This document shows positions 10,579 to 19,448 of a stretch of 64,000 bases of DNA, one piece after another; the stretch's first letter is position 1; each line of letters begins with the position of its first letter. The notes below the pieces were generated by a model. The model was not told where the DNA came from. It ran no database searches and was given only the letters and a program-made list of their open reading frames with translations. The position numbers and the translations under genes are program-made. Source of the stretch: Clostridia bacterium (GTDB lineage: Bacteria > Bacillota > Clostridia > Oscillospirales > Acutalibacteraceae); the NCBI GenBank assembly GCA_017521925.1, contig JAFXBG010000006.1:729-64728 (forward strand). Direction: 5' to 3'.

Positions 10579-11424
10579 GTGGGAAAACCCTGTAATAAAC
10601 ATAAAAAAACGGCTTTAACGATTTTGCTTGCATTTGTGGCTTTTATCCTGATTCTTTGCGTTGCAGGCATTGCGGTAAGCTATTTTTCGCTAAAAACCAC
10701 ACATTATAATATATGCTTAAGCGGTATAAATACCCCTGTTTCCTGTGTTGTGCTTTCTGATTTGCACGATTCTTCTTTCGGCAAGGATAACGAAAAACTT
10801 ATCAGAAAGGTGAAGGACTGTAATCCTGACGTGATTTTTACCGTAGGCGATATGGTAAGCGAATACTGCGAAGATTATTCTTATCTTTCATCCCTTTATG
10901 ATAGTCTGTCAGAAATTGCACCTACTTACTGCTCTTTGGGCAATCACGAGCGTTCTCACCCTGAATTCAGCGAAATCAGGCAAATTTTAAGCGAACACGC
11001 CACGTTGCTGGACAACAGGTACATAGACCTGAACTTAAAAGGCAACGAAATCCGCTTAGGCGGACTTATGGGCTATCATCCCGACAGCGAGCATCTTAAC
11101 GATTACATAAGGGATTTTGCCGACACCGACAGATTCACTCTTTTACTGAGCCATTGTCCCGAATATTATACCTGGGGAGTGGATGAGGTTAAGATTGATT
11201 TAATGGTATCGGGCCATACTCACGGCGGTCAGGTGGTTTTGCCCTTTAAGGGCGGACTTTTTGCCCCTGAGCAGGGGTATTTTCCCCACTATGACTACGG
11301 TGTTTTTTATGAAGAAAACGCCACTATGGTAATTTCCCGCGGTTTAGGCTCCTCAAGGCAAGCTGTTCCCCGCTTTAACAATCCCCCTGAAATTGTCAGC
11401 TTAACCCTGACACCTGAGGTATAA
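10579..11424 (+). CDS. Membrane-anchored metallophosphoesterase (YkuE-like)
   Basis: SDLH, VGD, GNHE, SGHTHGGQ, SRGLG motifs; N-terminal TM helix. Confidence 0.88.
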   Translation: MGKPCNKHKKTALTILLAFVAFILILCVAGIAVSYFSLKTTHYNICLSGINTPVSCVVLSDLHDSSFGKDNEKLIRKVKDCNPDVIFTVGDMVSEYCEDYSYLSSLYDSLSEIAPTYCSLGNHERSHPEFSEIRQILSEHATLLDNRYIDLNLKGNEIRLGGLMGYHPDSEHLNDYIRDFADTDRFTLLLSHCPEYYTWGVDEVKIDLMVSGHTHGGQVVLPFKGGLFAPEQGYFPHYDYGVFYEENATMVISRGLGSSRQAVPRFNNPPEIVSLTLTPEV

Positions 11425-11425
11425 A

Positions 11426-11950
11426 ATGGATAATAAACCTTTGGAAATAGAATATAAATTTCTTATAGAAATGCCCGACATAAAAGTGCTTGAAAAACAG
11501 CCGGACTTCACAGAAAAGAGGCTTTGTCAGATGTACCTTGAGCTTCCTGCAGGTTTAAGCGAATTCGGTACAAGGTGCCGTATACGCAGAGTTGAGGAAG
11601 CTGGCAAAGTAACTTTTTATAAAACCTTTAAAAAAGATGTAACAGGCATCACAAGAATTGAAGTCGAAGAAGAAATTTCAGAAACAGAATTCAACACACT
11701 TTCAGCCTACCTTCAAAAAGGCACCGCTCCCGTTGAGAAAACCCGATACACCTTCTCTTACGAAGGCTTTACCTGCGAGGTTGATGTTTTTCCCTTCTGG
11801 GATACACAGGCTTTTCTTGAAATTGAAGTGGAGAGCGAAAGCATCCTCCCCCCTGCTGTACCTTTTATCAAGGTTATCAAAGATGTATCAACGGACAAAA
11901 TGTATCGTAATTCTGTAATTGCAAGGATAATTAATAATAATTTCAGATAA
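11426..11950 (+). CDS. CYTH-domain protein (triphosphate tunnel metalloenzyme)
   Basis: EIEYKFL, RIR, EKTRY, EIE motifs. Confidence 0.85.
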   Translation: MDNKPLEIEYKFLIEMPDIKVLEKQPDFTEKRLCQMYLELPAGLSEFGTRCRIRRVEEAGKVTFYKTFKKDVTGITRIEVEEEISETEFNTLSAYLQKGTAPVEKTRYTFSYEGFTCEVDVFPFWDTQAFLEIEVESESILPPAVPFIKVIKDVSTDKMYRNSVIARIINNNFR

Positions 11951-11974
11951 AAAAACAAAGGAGCATCTGCTCCT

Positions 11975-12646
11975 TTATTTTTTTGCAAATATTCTGTTGT
12001 CAAAATCTCCGCCGTTTGCTTCATTAAACCACTTTACAAAATCAAAATAATTTTCGTATTCTCTGCTGTCGTTCCAGATTGTTCGTTGCAGTATGTTACC
12101 CACTTCTCCGTTTGATGCGTATTTTTTAATCTGCACCGCATAAGGAATATCAGGGTAATGGTTGTATGTAAATACCATAACGCCTTTTGCTTTTACTTTG
12201 CTCAGTTTAAGGATATCTTCTTTAGTTATACCCTCTCTCTCAGAGCAAACAATAAAAAGATTATCTCTGTCAATTCGCTTGCTTCTCTCCAACCATTTGG
12301 CTTCTGCTTCTTCTTCACTTTTATAGTGAGTAAAAAATATTGTAATATCTTTAAGTTTTGCACAAGGGAAAGTATTTTTCGGGTGTTTAAAAAACTCAAG
12401 TTTGCTATCCAGATAACTGTCCATATCCGTAACAAATTTAATAAAATCGCCTTGTTTAATCATTGTATTCACAGTAGGGGAACGAAACTGAAGACCCAAA
12501 TCATGAAACAGTAACCCACCCATACAGTTAGGGCATAAAAGTGTGGGGGTAGTGTTCTTAAGTCTTTTTTTCATCCTTTTCTTTCTGCAAACCGAAAAAA
12601 CATTGTACTTTATGAACAGGTCCTTGAACTTAGCGGAAATACTCAT
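11975..12646 (-). CDS. DUF1919-family protein (polysaccharide-locus associated)
   Basis: RLKN..PTLLCPNCMGG...HDLG..F.SPTVN, F.HY.S.EEA..KW..R..RI. Confidence 0.8.
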   Translation of the reverse strand: MSISAKFKDLFIKYNVFSVCRKKRMKKRLKNTTPTLLCPNCMGGLLFHDLGLQFRSPTVNTMIKQGDFIKFVTDMDSYLDSKLEFFKHPKNTFPCAKLKDITIFFTHYKSEEEAEAKWLERSKRIDRDNLFIVCSEREGITKEDILKLSKVKAKGVMVFTYNHYPDIPYAVQIKKYASNGEVGNILQRTIWNDSREYENYFDFVKWFNEANGGDFDNRIFAKK

Positions 12647-12785
12647 ACCTCGTCATCCCATTTCAGTATTATTTTAACCGTATAATAGCATACTTTTTCC
12701 TTATATTCAAGAATTATATACTTCTTAACCGTAATGCTGCATTATCTTTATTCAAAAAACACACTTATACAATTATTTTAAAGGA

Positions 12786-12814
12786 TTGACTTATTACAAT
12801 TTGCGTGATAAAAT
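12786..12814 (+). promoter_or_regulatory. sigmaA-type promoter of the SCIFF operon
   Basis: TTGACT-17 nt-TAAAAT with TG extension. Confidence 0.65.
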
Positions 12815-12847
12815 AACTTCAGAAATATAATTTCGGAGGAATTTATT

Positions 12848-12994
12848 ATGACAATCAAAACTCTTGATACCAAAAATCTTTGTGAGAGTGCTAAGTGCGG
12901 CGGTTGCGGCGAGTGCCAGACTTCTTGTCAGTCTGCTTGCAAAACAAGCTGCGGTGTTGCTAACCAGGAGTGCGAAAACACAGAGAATAAGTAA
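12848..12994 (+). CDS. scfA: SCIFF ranthipeptide precursor (48 aa)
   Basis: Absent from ORF track. GGAGG RBS; MTIKTLDTKNLCESAKCGGCGECQTSCQSACKTSCGVANQECENTENK contains the canonical GGCGECQTSCQSACKTSC core. Confidence 0.97.
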   Translation: MTIKTLDTKNLCESAKCGGCGECQTSCQSACKTSCGVANQECENTENK

Positions 12995-13014
12995 TTTTTA
13001 ATTACAAGCAAATC

Positions 13015-13041
13015 AAATGCCGCCTTCTGGCGGCATTTTTT
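13015..13041 (+). terminator. Terminator-like hairpin between scfA and scfB
   Basis: AAATGCCGCC-TTCT-GGCGGCATTTTTT. Confidence 0.75.
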
Positions 13042-13060
13042 GTGATTAGGAGATATTATT

Positions 13061-14440
13061 ATGATACATTGCTATAAACTCTCGGGACTTAACATTGTCC
13101 TTGATATTTACTCAGGCTCCGTTCACGTAGTGGACGAGGTAGCCTTTGATATTATAAATATGTACGAGAAAAAGTCTCAGGCTGAAATTCTTGAGTTTAT
13201 CCTTAATAAATACCCTGATAACCCTGAGGTTAACGATGCAGAAATCAAGGATTGTTTCAATCAGATTGAAGTCTTAAAGTCAGCAGGCAAGCTTTTTACC
13301 CCCGATACATACGAGGGTATGGCAGGCAAGCTTAAAGAAAAAAGCAAGGGTATTATAAAGGCACTTTGCCTTCATATTGCCCACACCTGCAACCTTAACT
13401 GCTCTTACTGCTTTGCATCCCAAGGCAAGTACCACGGCGAGCGTGCTATGATGAGCTTTGAGGTAGGCAAGGCTGCTCTTGATTTTCTTATTGAAAACTC
13501 AGGTACAAGACGTAATCTTGAGGTAGACTTCTTCGGCGGTGAGCCTCTGATGAATTTTGAGGTTGTAAAAGACCTTGTAGCTTACGCAAGAAGTGTTGAG
13601 AAAGAGCACGGCAAAAACTTCCGCTTTACCCTTACTACCAACGGTGTTCTCGTTGACCAGGATGTTATCGACTTTGCCAACAAAGAATGCAGTAATGTGG
13701 TTTTAAGCCTTGACGGCAGAAAAGAAGTTCACGACCGTTTCCGTGTAGACTTTCAGGGTAACGGAAGCTGGGAGAAAATTGTTCCCAAATTCCAGGATTT
13801 TGTTAAAGCACGAGGCGGTAAAAACTACTATATGCGAGGTACATTTACCCACGCCAACCCCGATTTCCTTAATGACATCAAGGAAATGCTTAACTTAGGT
13901 TTTAAAGAGCTTAGTATGGAGCCTGTGGTATGTGCTAAAGATGACCCCAGTCGTCTTACTGATGAAGACCTTGAAATCGTTATGAAGCAGTATGAGGAGC
14001 TTGCCGAGCTTATGCTTAAAAAGCACCGCGAAGGCGACCCCTTTACCTTCTACCACTATATGATTGACCTTAAAGCAGGTCCCTGTATTTACAAGCGACT
14101 TTCAGGTTGCGGTTCAGGCACCGAGTATATGGCTGTTACCCCTTGGGGCGACCTTTACCCCTGCCACCAGTTTGTAGGCGAGGAGAAGTTCCGCTTAGGC
14201 TCTGTGTTTGAGGGTGTTACCAACACCGCTATACAGGAAGATTTTGCGTCCTGCAACGTGTATGCTCACGAAGAGTGCAAGGACTGTTGGGCAAAGCTGT
14301 ATTGCTCAGGCGGCTGTGCGGCTAACGCATACCACTCTACAGGCTCGGTAAAGGGTATCTATGAAGACGGTTGCAAGCTTTTCAAAAAACGAATGGAATG
14401 TGCAATTATGCTTGAATGTGCCAAGGCACTTGACGAATAA
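13061..14440 (+). CDS. scfB: SCIFF radical SAM/SPASM thioether maturase
   Basis: CNLNCSYC, DFFGGEP, SPASM motifs GPC.YKR..GCG.G and C..CWA..YCSGGC; directly follows scfA. Confidence 0.96.
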   Translation: MIHCYKLSGLNIVLDIYSGSVHVVDEVAFDIINMYEKKSQAEILEFILNKYPDNPEVNDAEIKDCFNQIEVLKSAGKLFTPDTYEGMAGKLKEKSKGIIKALCLHIAHTCNLNCSYCFASQGKYHGERAMMSFEVGKAALDFLIENSGTRRNLEVDFFGGEPLMNFEVVKDLVAYARSVEKEHGKNFRFTLTTNGVLVDQDVIDFANKECSNVVLSLDGRKEVHDRFRVDFQGNGSWEKIVPKFQDFVKARGGKNYYMRGTFTHANPDFLNDIKEMLNLGFKELSMEPVVCAKDDPSRLTDEDLEIVMKQYEELAELMLKKHREGDPFTFYHYMIDLKAGPCIYKRLSGCGSGTEYMAVTPWGDLYPCHQFVGEEKFRLGSVFEGVTNTAIQEDFASCNVYAHEECKDCWAKLYCSGGCAANAYHSTGSVKGIYEDGCKLFKKRMECAIMLECAKALDE

Positions 14441-14441
14441 T

Positions 14442-15782
14442 ATGAACACACCGATTTGTGATTTTGTAAAAAAATATGCCGCGGCACAACACTCAAGACT
14501 TCATATGCCGGGACATAAAGGTAAAGGCTTTTTAGGTGTTGAGCACCTGGATATCACCGAGGTTGAGGGTGCTGATGTGCTGTATAATGCTAAGGGAATT
14601 ATAAAAGAAAGTATGGAAAATGCTTCTTCCCTTTTCTCTACTGCCAGAACTCTTTACAGCACTGAGGGTTCGTCACTTTCAATCCGAGCAATGCTTTATC
14701 TTTTAAAGCTTTACTCCGCTGAGAATAACAGAAAGCCTGTTATTTTAGCCGGCAGAAATGCCCACAAAGCTTTTTTAAGCGGTGTGGCTCTTAACGACAT
14801 TGAGGTGGACTGGATTTATCCCGACGAAAGCGAGGGACTTTTAAGCCTTAATCTGACTCCTGAAAAACTTAAATCTTATCTTGAAAATTACAAAGAAAAG
14901 CCAGTGGCACTTTACATAACAAGCCCCGATTACCTTGGAAATATTACGGATATCAAAGGGCTGTCGGCTGTTTGCAAAGAACAAGGTTTGCTTTTACTTA
15001 TTGACAATGCCCACGGTGCTTATCTTAATTTCTTGCCCGAAAATCAGCATCCTATTGCATTGGGTGCCGATATTTGCTGTGACTCTGCCCACAAAACCCT
15101 GCCTGTGCTGACAGGCGGAGGCTACCTTCATATAAGCAAGTCTGCCCCTGAAATTTTTAAAACTCATTGTGAAAGTGCAATGAGCCTTTTTGCGTCTACA
15201 AGCCCCAGCTACCTTATTCTTGAGTCCCTTGACTCTGCTAACAAATATATGGCTGAAGGCTACAAAGAAAAGCTCAGTTTTTTTGTTGAAGAAGTTGAAG
15301 ATTTAAAGAAAGCTTTAAAAGCCAAGGGTTACACTCTTTTTGGCAATGAAGCTTTAAAAATCACCATTTCTTCTAAGGAATACGGCTATACGGGCAATGA
15401 GCTTACAAGCATTCTCAGTGAAAACGGCATTATCTGTGAGTTTGCTGACTCTGACTTTTTGACCCTTATGTTTACCCCTGAAAACTCCAATAGCGACCTT
15501 AATAAGCTTAAGGGTGTACTGTTGGCGGTAAATAAGCGTCCTGAAATCAGCACTCCTTCTCCTAAAGTTAATAAGCTTAGAAGAGCACTCAGCATAAAAG
15601 AGGCACTTTTCAGCCCAAATACAGAAATCCACGCAAAAGATGCCGAGGGAAAAATTCTTGCAAGCTACACCGTAAGCTGTCCTCCTGCCGTGCCCATAGC
15701 AATCTGCGGTGAGGTTATTGACGAAAATGCTTTGAAGGCTTTTGCTTACTATAAAATTGAAAAAATCAGAGTAATAAAATAA
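14442..15782 (+). CDS. Orn/Lys/Arg decarboxylase family PLP enzyme
   Basis: LHMPGHKG, RNAHK, D.AHGA, SAHKTLP, STSPSY; start at ATG 14442, 1 nt after the scfB stop. Confidence 0.88.
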   Translation: MNTPICDFVKKYAAAQHSRLHMPGHKGKGFLGVEHLDITEVEGADVLYNAKGIIKESMENASSLFSTARTLYSTEGSSLSIRAMLYLLKLYSAENNRKPVILAGRNAHKAFLSGVALNDIEVDWIYPDESEGLLSLNLTPEKLKSYLENYKEKPVALYITSPDYLGNITDIKGLSAVCKEQGLLLLIDNAHGAYLNFLPENQHPIALGADICCDSAHKTLPVLTGGGYLHISKSAPEIFKTHCESAMSLFASTSPSYLILESLDSANKYMAEGYKEKLSFFVEEVEDLKKALKAKGYTLFGNEALKITISSKEYGYTGNELTSILSENGIICEFADSDFLTLMFTPENSNSDLNKLKGVLLAVNKRPEISTPSPKVNKLRRALSIKEALFSPNTEIHAKDAEGKILASYTVSCPPAVPIAICGEVIDENALKAFAYYKIEKIRVIK

Positions 15783-15896
15783 GCTGAGGCTCTCCTTTAA
15801 ACAAAGGGAGAGCCTTTAAAATTTATATTTTATTAGTTGACAAACCGCTATAAAAAGGAATACTATAACTATATTAAACAAAAAGGAGGCGTTTTG

Positions 15897-17564
15897 ATGG
15901 TACAAGGTATGGCTGATACAGCTATTGTCGGATTAAGAATACTCTTAAGCTTTTACGCAATATTTATTGTTTATCATATTTTTGCCTCAATGCGTCGTCA
16001 CAAACGCCCTGAAAAACCCCTGCTAATGCTTTACAACCGTCGCTTTGACATAAAAATCCCTGTGCTTTTCTGGGAAAATTCCATTGGCAGAAGCAAAAGA
16101 AGCGACATTACCATAGAAGACGGCACAGTATCCCGAAGCCACTGTGTGCTTTTAAGACGTAAAGCAGGCTGGTTTATTAACGACTCAGGCTCAAAATCAG
16201 GCACAAAAGTAAACGGCAAGCAAATTTCAGGCAGAACTCAGGTTTTTATTAACGACGTTATCACCATTGGCGGTACAAGCCTTACTCTGCTTCGCGGTGA
16301 AGAGTATAACGAAGACATAAGACCAAGCTGGTTTTTCTCCAAAGCCTCTCATAAACCCTCGGTATCCTCAGGACTTCTGCTTATTTTAGTTAATCTTTTC
16401 CACCTGTTTATGACCTGTGAGCTCTGCGTTACCACCAACTCCCTTAACTTAAACGCACTGTTTATCTTCGGTGCAGTGACTGTATTCTCATGGGTTTTGT
16501 ACGCCTTTTCCTATGGGGTTTTCAACCGTAAAAACTTTGAGCTTGAAACCTTAGCCTTGTGGCTTACGGGCCTTGGCTCCCTTCTTTTGGTTGAGCAGGA
16601 AATGAGTGATGCCATAGTTCAGGTTGCATCTGCAATAGCAGGTGCGGTGCTTTTTATGGCAATCCTTATGTTCATAAAAAATCCTGACAGGGTTATTAAA
16701 TGGCGATGGGCAATTATGATAGCCGCTGTGGGATTTTTAGCTATAAACCTTATTTTCGGTACGGTTGAATACGGTGCCGCAAACCGAATTTACATCGGCG
16801 GTATTTCCGTTCAGCCGTCAGAAATTGTAAAGATTGCTTACATCTTTGTGGGCGCTGCATCCCTTGATTATCTGCAGACAAGACGAAATTTCCTTGAATT
16901 TATTATTTTCTCAGCTATGTGTGTGGGAGCCTTGGCACTTATGGGTGACTTTGGCACAGCACTGATATTCTTTGTAACCTTTATTGTTATTTCAATTACC
17001 CGCTCAGGCGACTATAAAACCGTAATTCTCGCCCTTGTGGGAGCTGTCTTTGCAGTTCTTCTGGTATTAAACTTCAAGCCTTATATTGCCGAAAGATTCT
17101 CTATCTGGGGTCACGCTCTCGATGACCCTTACGACCTTGGTTATCAGCAGGCAGGAACCCTTACCAGTATAGCCTCGGGCGGACTTTTCGGCACAGGTGT
17201 GGGCAGTGGAAATCTACGTTACTACGGTGCATCGGAAACCGACCTTGTTTTCGGTATAGTTTCCGAGGAAATGGGTCTTATAATCGCAATTACAATCGCA
17301 ATTGCAATTTGCGGCCTTGTGTTCTACACCCGTGCTATGACAACCAGAAGCCGAAGCACATTTTACTCTATTTCTGCATCCTGTGCAGCAACTTTGCTTT
17401 TAGTACAAATGGGGCTTAACATCTTTGGATGTACCGATATTCTGCCTCTTACAGGTGTTACCCTGCCCTTTGTAAGTGCAGGCGGCTCTTCTATGCTTTC
17501 CTGTTGGGGACTTTTAGCCTTCATAAAAGCCGCCGACGAACGCACATACAAGGTAGCCCCTTGA
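15897..17564 (+). CDS. FHA domain fused to a SEDS (RodA/FtsW) peptidoglycan polymerase
   Basis: FHA motifs IGRS..DI.I.D..VSRSH and D.GSKSGTKVNG; SEDS motifs QPSEIVK, GDFGTA, SETDLVF, GVTLPFVSAGGSS; start ATG 15897 after AGGAGG. Confidence 0.9.
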   Translation: MVQGMADTAIVGLRILLSFYAIFIVYHIFASMRRHKRPEKPLLMLYNRRFDIKIPVLFWENSIGRSKRSDITIEDGTVSRSHCVLLRRKAGWFINDSGSKSGTKVNGKQISGRTQVFINDVITIGGTSLTLLRGEEYNEDIRPSWFFSKASHKPSVSSGLLLILVNLFHLFMTCELCVTTNSLNLNALFIFGAVTVFSWVLYAFSYGVFNRKNFELETLALWLTGLGSLLLVEQEMSDAIVQVASAIAGAVLFMAILMFIKNPDRVIKWRWAIMIAAVGFLAINLIFGTVEYGAANRIYIGGISVQPSEIVKIAYIFVGAASLDYLQTRRNFLEFIIFSAMCVGALALMGDFGTALIFFVTFIVISITRSGDYKTVILALVGAVFAVLLVLNFKPYIAERFSIWGHALDDPYDLGYQQAGTLTSIASGGLFGTGVGSGNLRYYGASETDLVFGIVSEEMGLIIAITIAIAICGLVFYTRAMTTRSRSTFYSISASCAATLLLVQMGLNIFGCTDILPLTGVTLPFVSAGGSSMLSCWGLLAFIKAADERTYKVAP

Positions 17565-17618
17565 GGGCAATTCGCCTTTGGACAGGTTCATATTAAAACA
17601 ACCTTCATTAACGGCGGG
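17552..17618. repeat. ~68-nt dispersed repeat, copy B (opposite orientation to A; overlaps the FHA-RodA stop codon)
   Basis: GGTAGCCCCTTGAGGGCAATTCGCCTTTGGACAGGTT...AACCTTCATTAACGGCGGG. Confidence 0.8.
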
Positions 17619-17652
17619 TTGAATATTTTTCAAAACAAAACGGTGAATTAAA

Positions 17653-18990
17653 ATGAAAAAAACCATGTCAAGAAGCATAATATCCCTTATCTTAGCCGTG
17701 GCATTTTTGCTGGGGCTTGGCTTCTTGTGCGTAAAATACATTTTTGATGCCGACCTCTGGGCGGCACAAAGCTACAACCCCTATATGGTATCGGGGCAAG
17801 GACTTGCAAATGCAGGCGATATTCTGGACAGAAACGGCGTGGTTCTTGCTACAAGTATTGACGGCGAGCGACTTTATCATGAAAGTGAGAGCACCCGCAA
17901 AGCTATGCTTCACACAGTGGGCGACGGCTCATATAACATTGCAACAGCAGTAGAAACCGCTTACAGAGATAAAATTTCAGGCCACAGCAAAATCTTCGGC
18001 TATGGTCTGCCCCAAAGCCTTAAGGGCAAGAACAATTTAACCGTTACCCTGGACAGTGATGTCTGCACCGAAGTTTACGAGGCCTTTGAGGGCAGAAAAG
18101 GTGCCTGCTTTGTTTACAACTACAAAACAGGCGAGGTGCTGTGTATGGTAAGTGCACCTACCTATGACCCTATGAACATCCCCGAAAATCCCGAGGACGG
18201 CTCGTACCTTAACAACTGCATTTCCTCAACCTACACTCCCGGCTCAATTTTTAAGATTATTACCGCCGGTGCAGGTTTTGAGCATATAGAAGGTTATGAA
18301 GATAAAATCTTCACCTGCGAAAGCAAAAAGGAAATCGGCAACTTTGAAGTTACCTGTCTGGAAACTCACGGCGACCTTGACCTTAAAAACGCCTTTGCTT
18401 ATTCCTGCAACATCGCCTTTGGCGACTCGGCACTTCTTGCAGGCAGAGAAAATATGCAGAAAACTGCCGATAAAATGGGTATTAACAAAAGCTTTCGTAT
18501 CGGCGAGGTGTACACCGCTCAGGGGCATTTTGACGTAAGAAAAGCCGACGATATTTCTCTTGCCTGGTCAGGAATAGGTCAGTATACCGACACCGTTAAC
18601 CCTGCTCAGATGGCAATTTTGTGCGGAGCCATAGCTCAGGGCGGAGAAACACGGCTTCCCCACTACGTTAAGGGCGAAAACTCAGGAAAAAGCGGCAGGC
18701 TTATGAGCGAGGATATAGCAAACAGCCTTAACAGCCTTATGCGTTACACAATTTCCGACTATTACGGCGACAGTATGTTTGAGGGCTTAACCGTTTGTGC
18801 CAAAACAGGTACTGCTGAGGTTGGCGACGGAAAGCTTCCCAACGGCTGGATGATAGGATACAGCTTAGACGAGGATGCTCCCCTTGCCTTTGCCGTTGTG
18901 GTTGAAGAAGGCGACTACGGATTTTACAGTGCAGGCCCCATTGCTAGAATTGCAATGTTAGAATCAGCAAAATCACTCAAAGGAGAATAA
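17653..18990 (+). CDS. Class B penicillin-binding transpeptidase (PbpA-like)
   Basis: PGSIFK (SxxK), SCN (SxN), KTGT; N-terminal TM helix; follows the SEDS gene. Confidence 0.9.
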   Translation: MKKTMSRSIISLILAVAFLLGLGFLCVKYIFDADLWAAQSYNPYMVSGQGLANAGDILDRNGVVLATSIDGERLYHESESTRKAMLHTVGDGSYNIATAVETAYRDKISGHSKIFGYGLPQSLKGKNNLTVTLDSDVCTEVYEAFEGRKGACFVYNYKTGEVLCMVSAPTYDPMNIPENPEDGSYLNNCISSTYTPGSIFKIITAGAGFEHIEGYEDKIFTCESKKEIGNFEVTCLETHGDLDLKNAFAYSCNIAFGDSALLAGRENMQKTADKMGINKSFRIGEVYTAQGHFDVRKADDISLAWSGIGQYTDTVNPAQMAILCGAIAQGGETRLPHYVKGENSGKSGRLMSEDIANSLNSLMRYTISDYYGDSMFEGLTVCAKTGTAEVGDGKLPNGWMIGYSLDEDAPLAFAVVVEEGDYGFYSAGPIARIAMLESAKSLKGE

Positions 18991-18992
18991 AT

Positions 18993-19208
18993 ATGAAAAA
19001 AATAACACTTTACAAAATCTTTTATATTGCCGCTATTATGCTGGCAGCTGCTTTCTGCGTACTGGTTGCAGTAGATTCTTTCCGCTACACAAATAGTCTT
19101 AACTCTGCACCCTTTTACGTATTTGTACTTGCAAGGGCAATTGTATTTTTGACCCCTGCATTAATTGCTTTTATAGTCGGCAAAATATTACATAAAAAAA
19201 GCAAGTGA
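18993..19208 (+). CDS. Small two-TM hypothetical protein
   Basis: AAGGAG RBS, two hydrophobic helices, followed by a terminator at about 19211-19239. Confidence 0.65.
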   Translation: MKKITLYKIFYIAAIMLAAAFCVLVAVDSFRYTNSLNSAPFYVFVLARAIVFLTPALIAFIVGKILHKKSK

Positions 19209-19243
19209 TAAAAAGCTTCCTGCTATGGGAAGCTTTTTTATTT

Positions 19244-19311
19244 CCCGCCGTTAATTTAGCTTTCTTCTAAAACTGACCTTTCCAAAGGCAAAATTGCCTA
19301 CCGTGACTAAC
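19244..19311. repeat. ~68-nt dispersed repeat, copy C
   Basis: CCCGCCGTTAAT...CCTTTCCAAAGGCAAAATTGCCTACCGTGACTAAC. Confidence 0.78.
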
Positions 19312-19448
19312 GGTCATAAAAACTTTACAGGATATTCTATATTTTGCTTTATTTTTAATTCAGATTGTGCTATACTTAATTAAATATATTAAAATGGATT
19401 AATATGTTGTTTTCCCGATAAGGTTTATTATAGAAAGGAATATGATTT

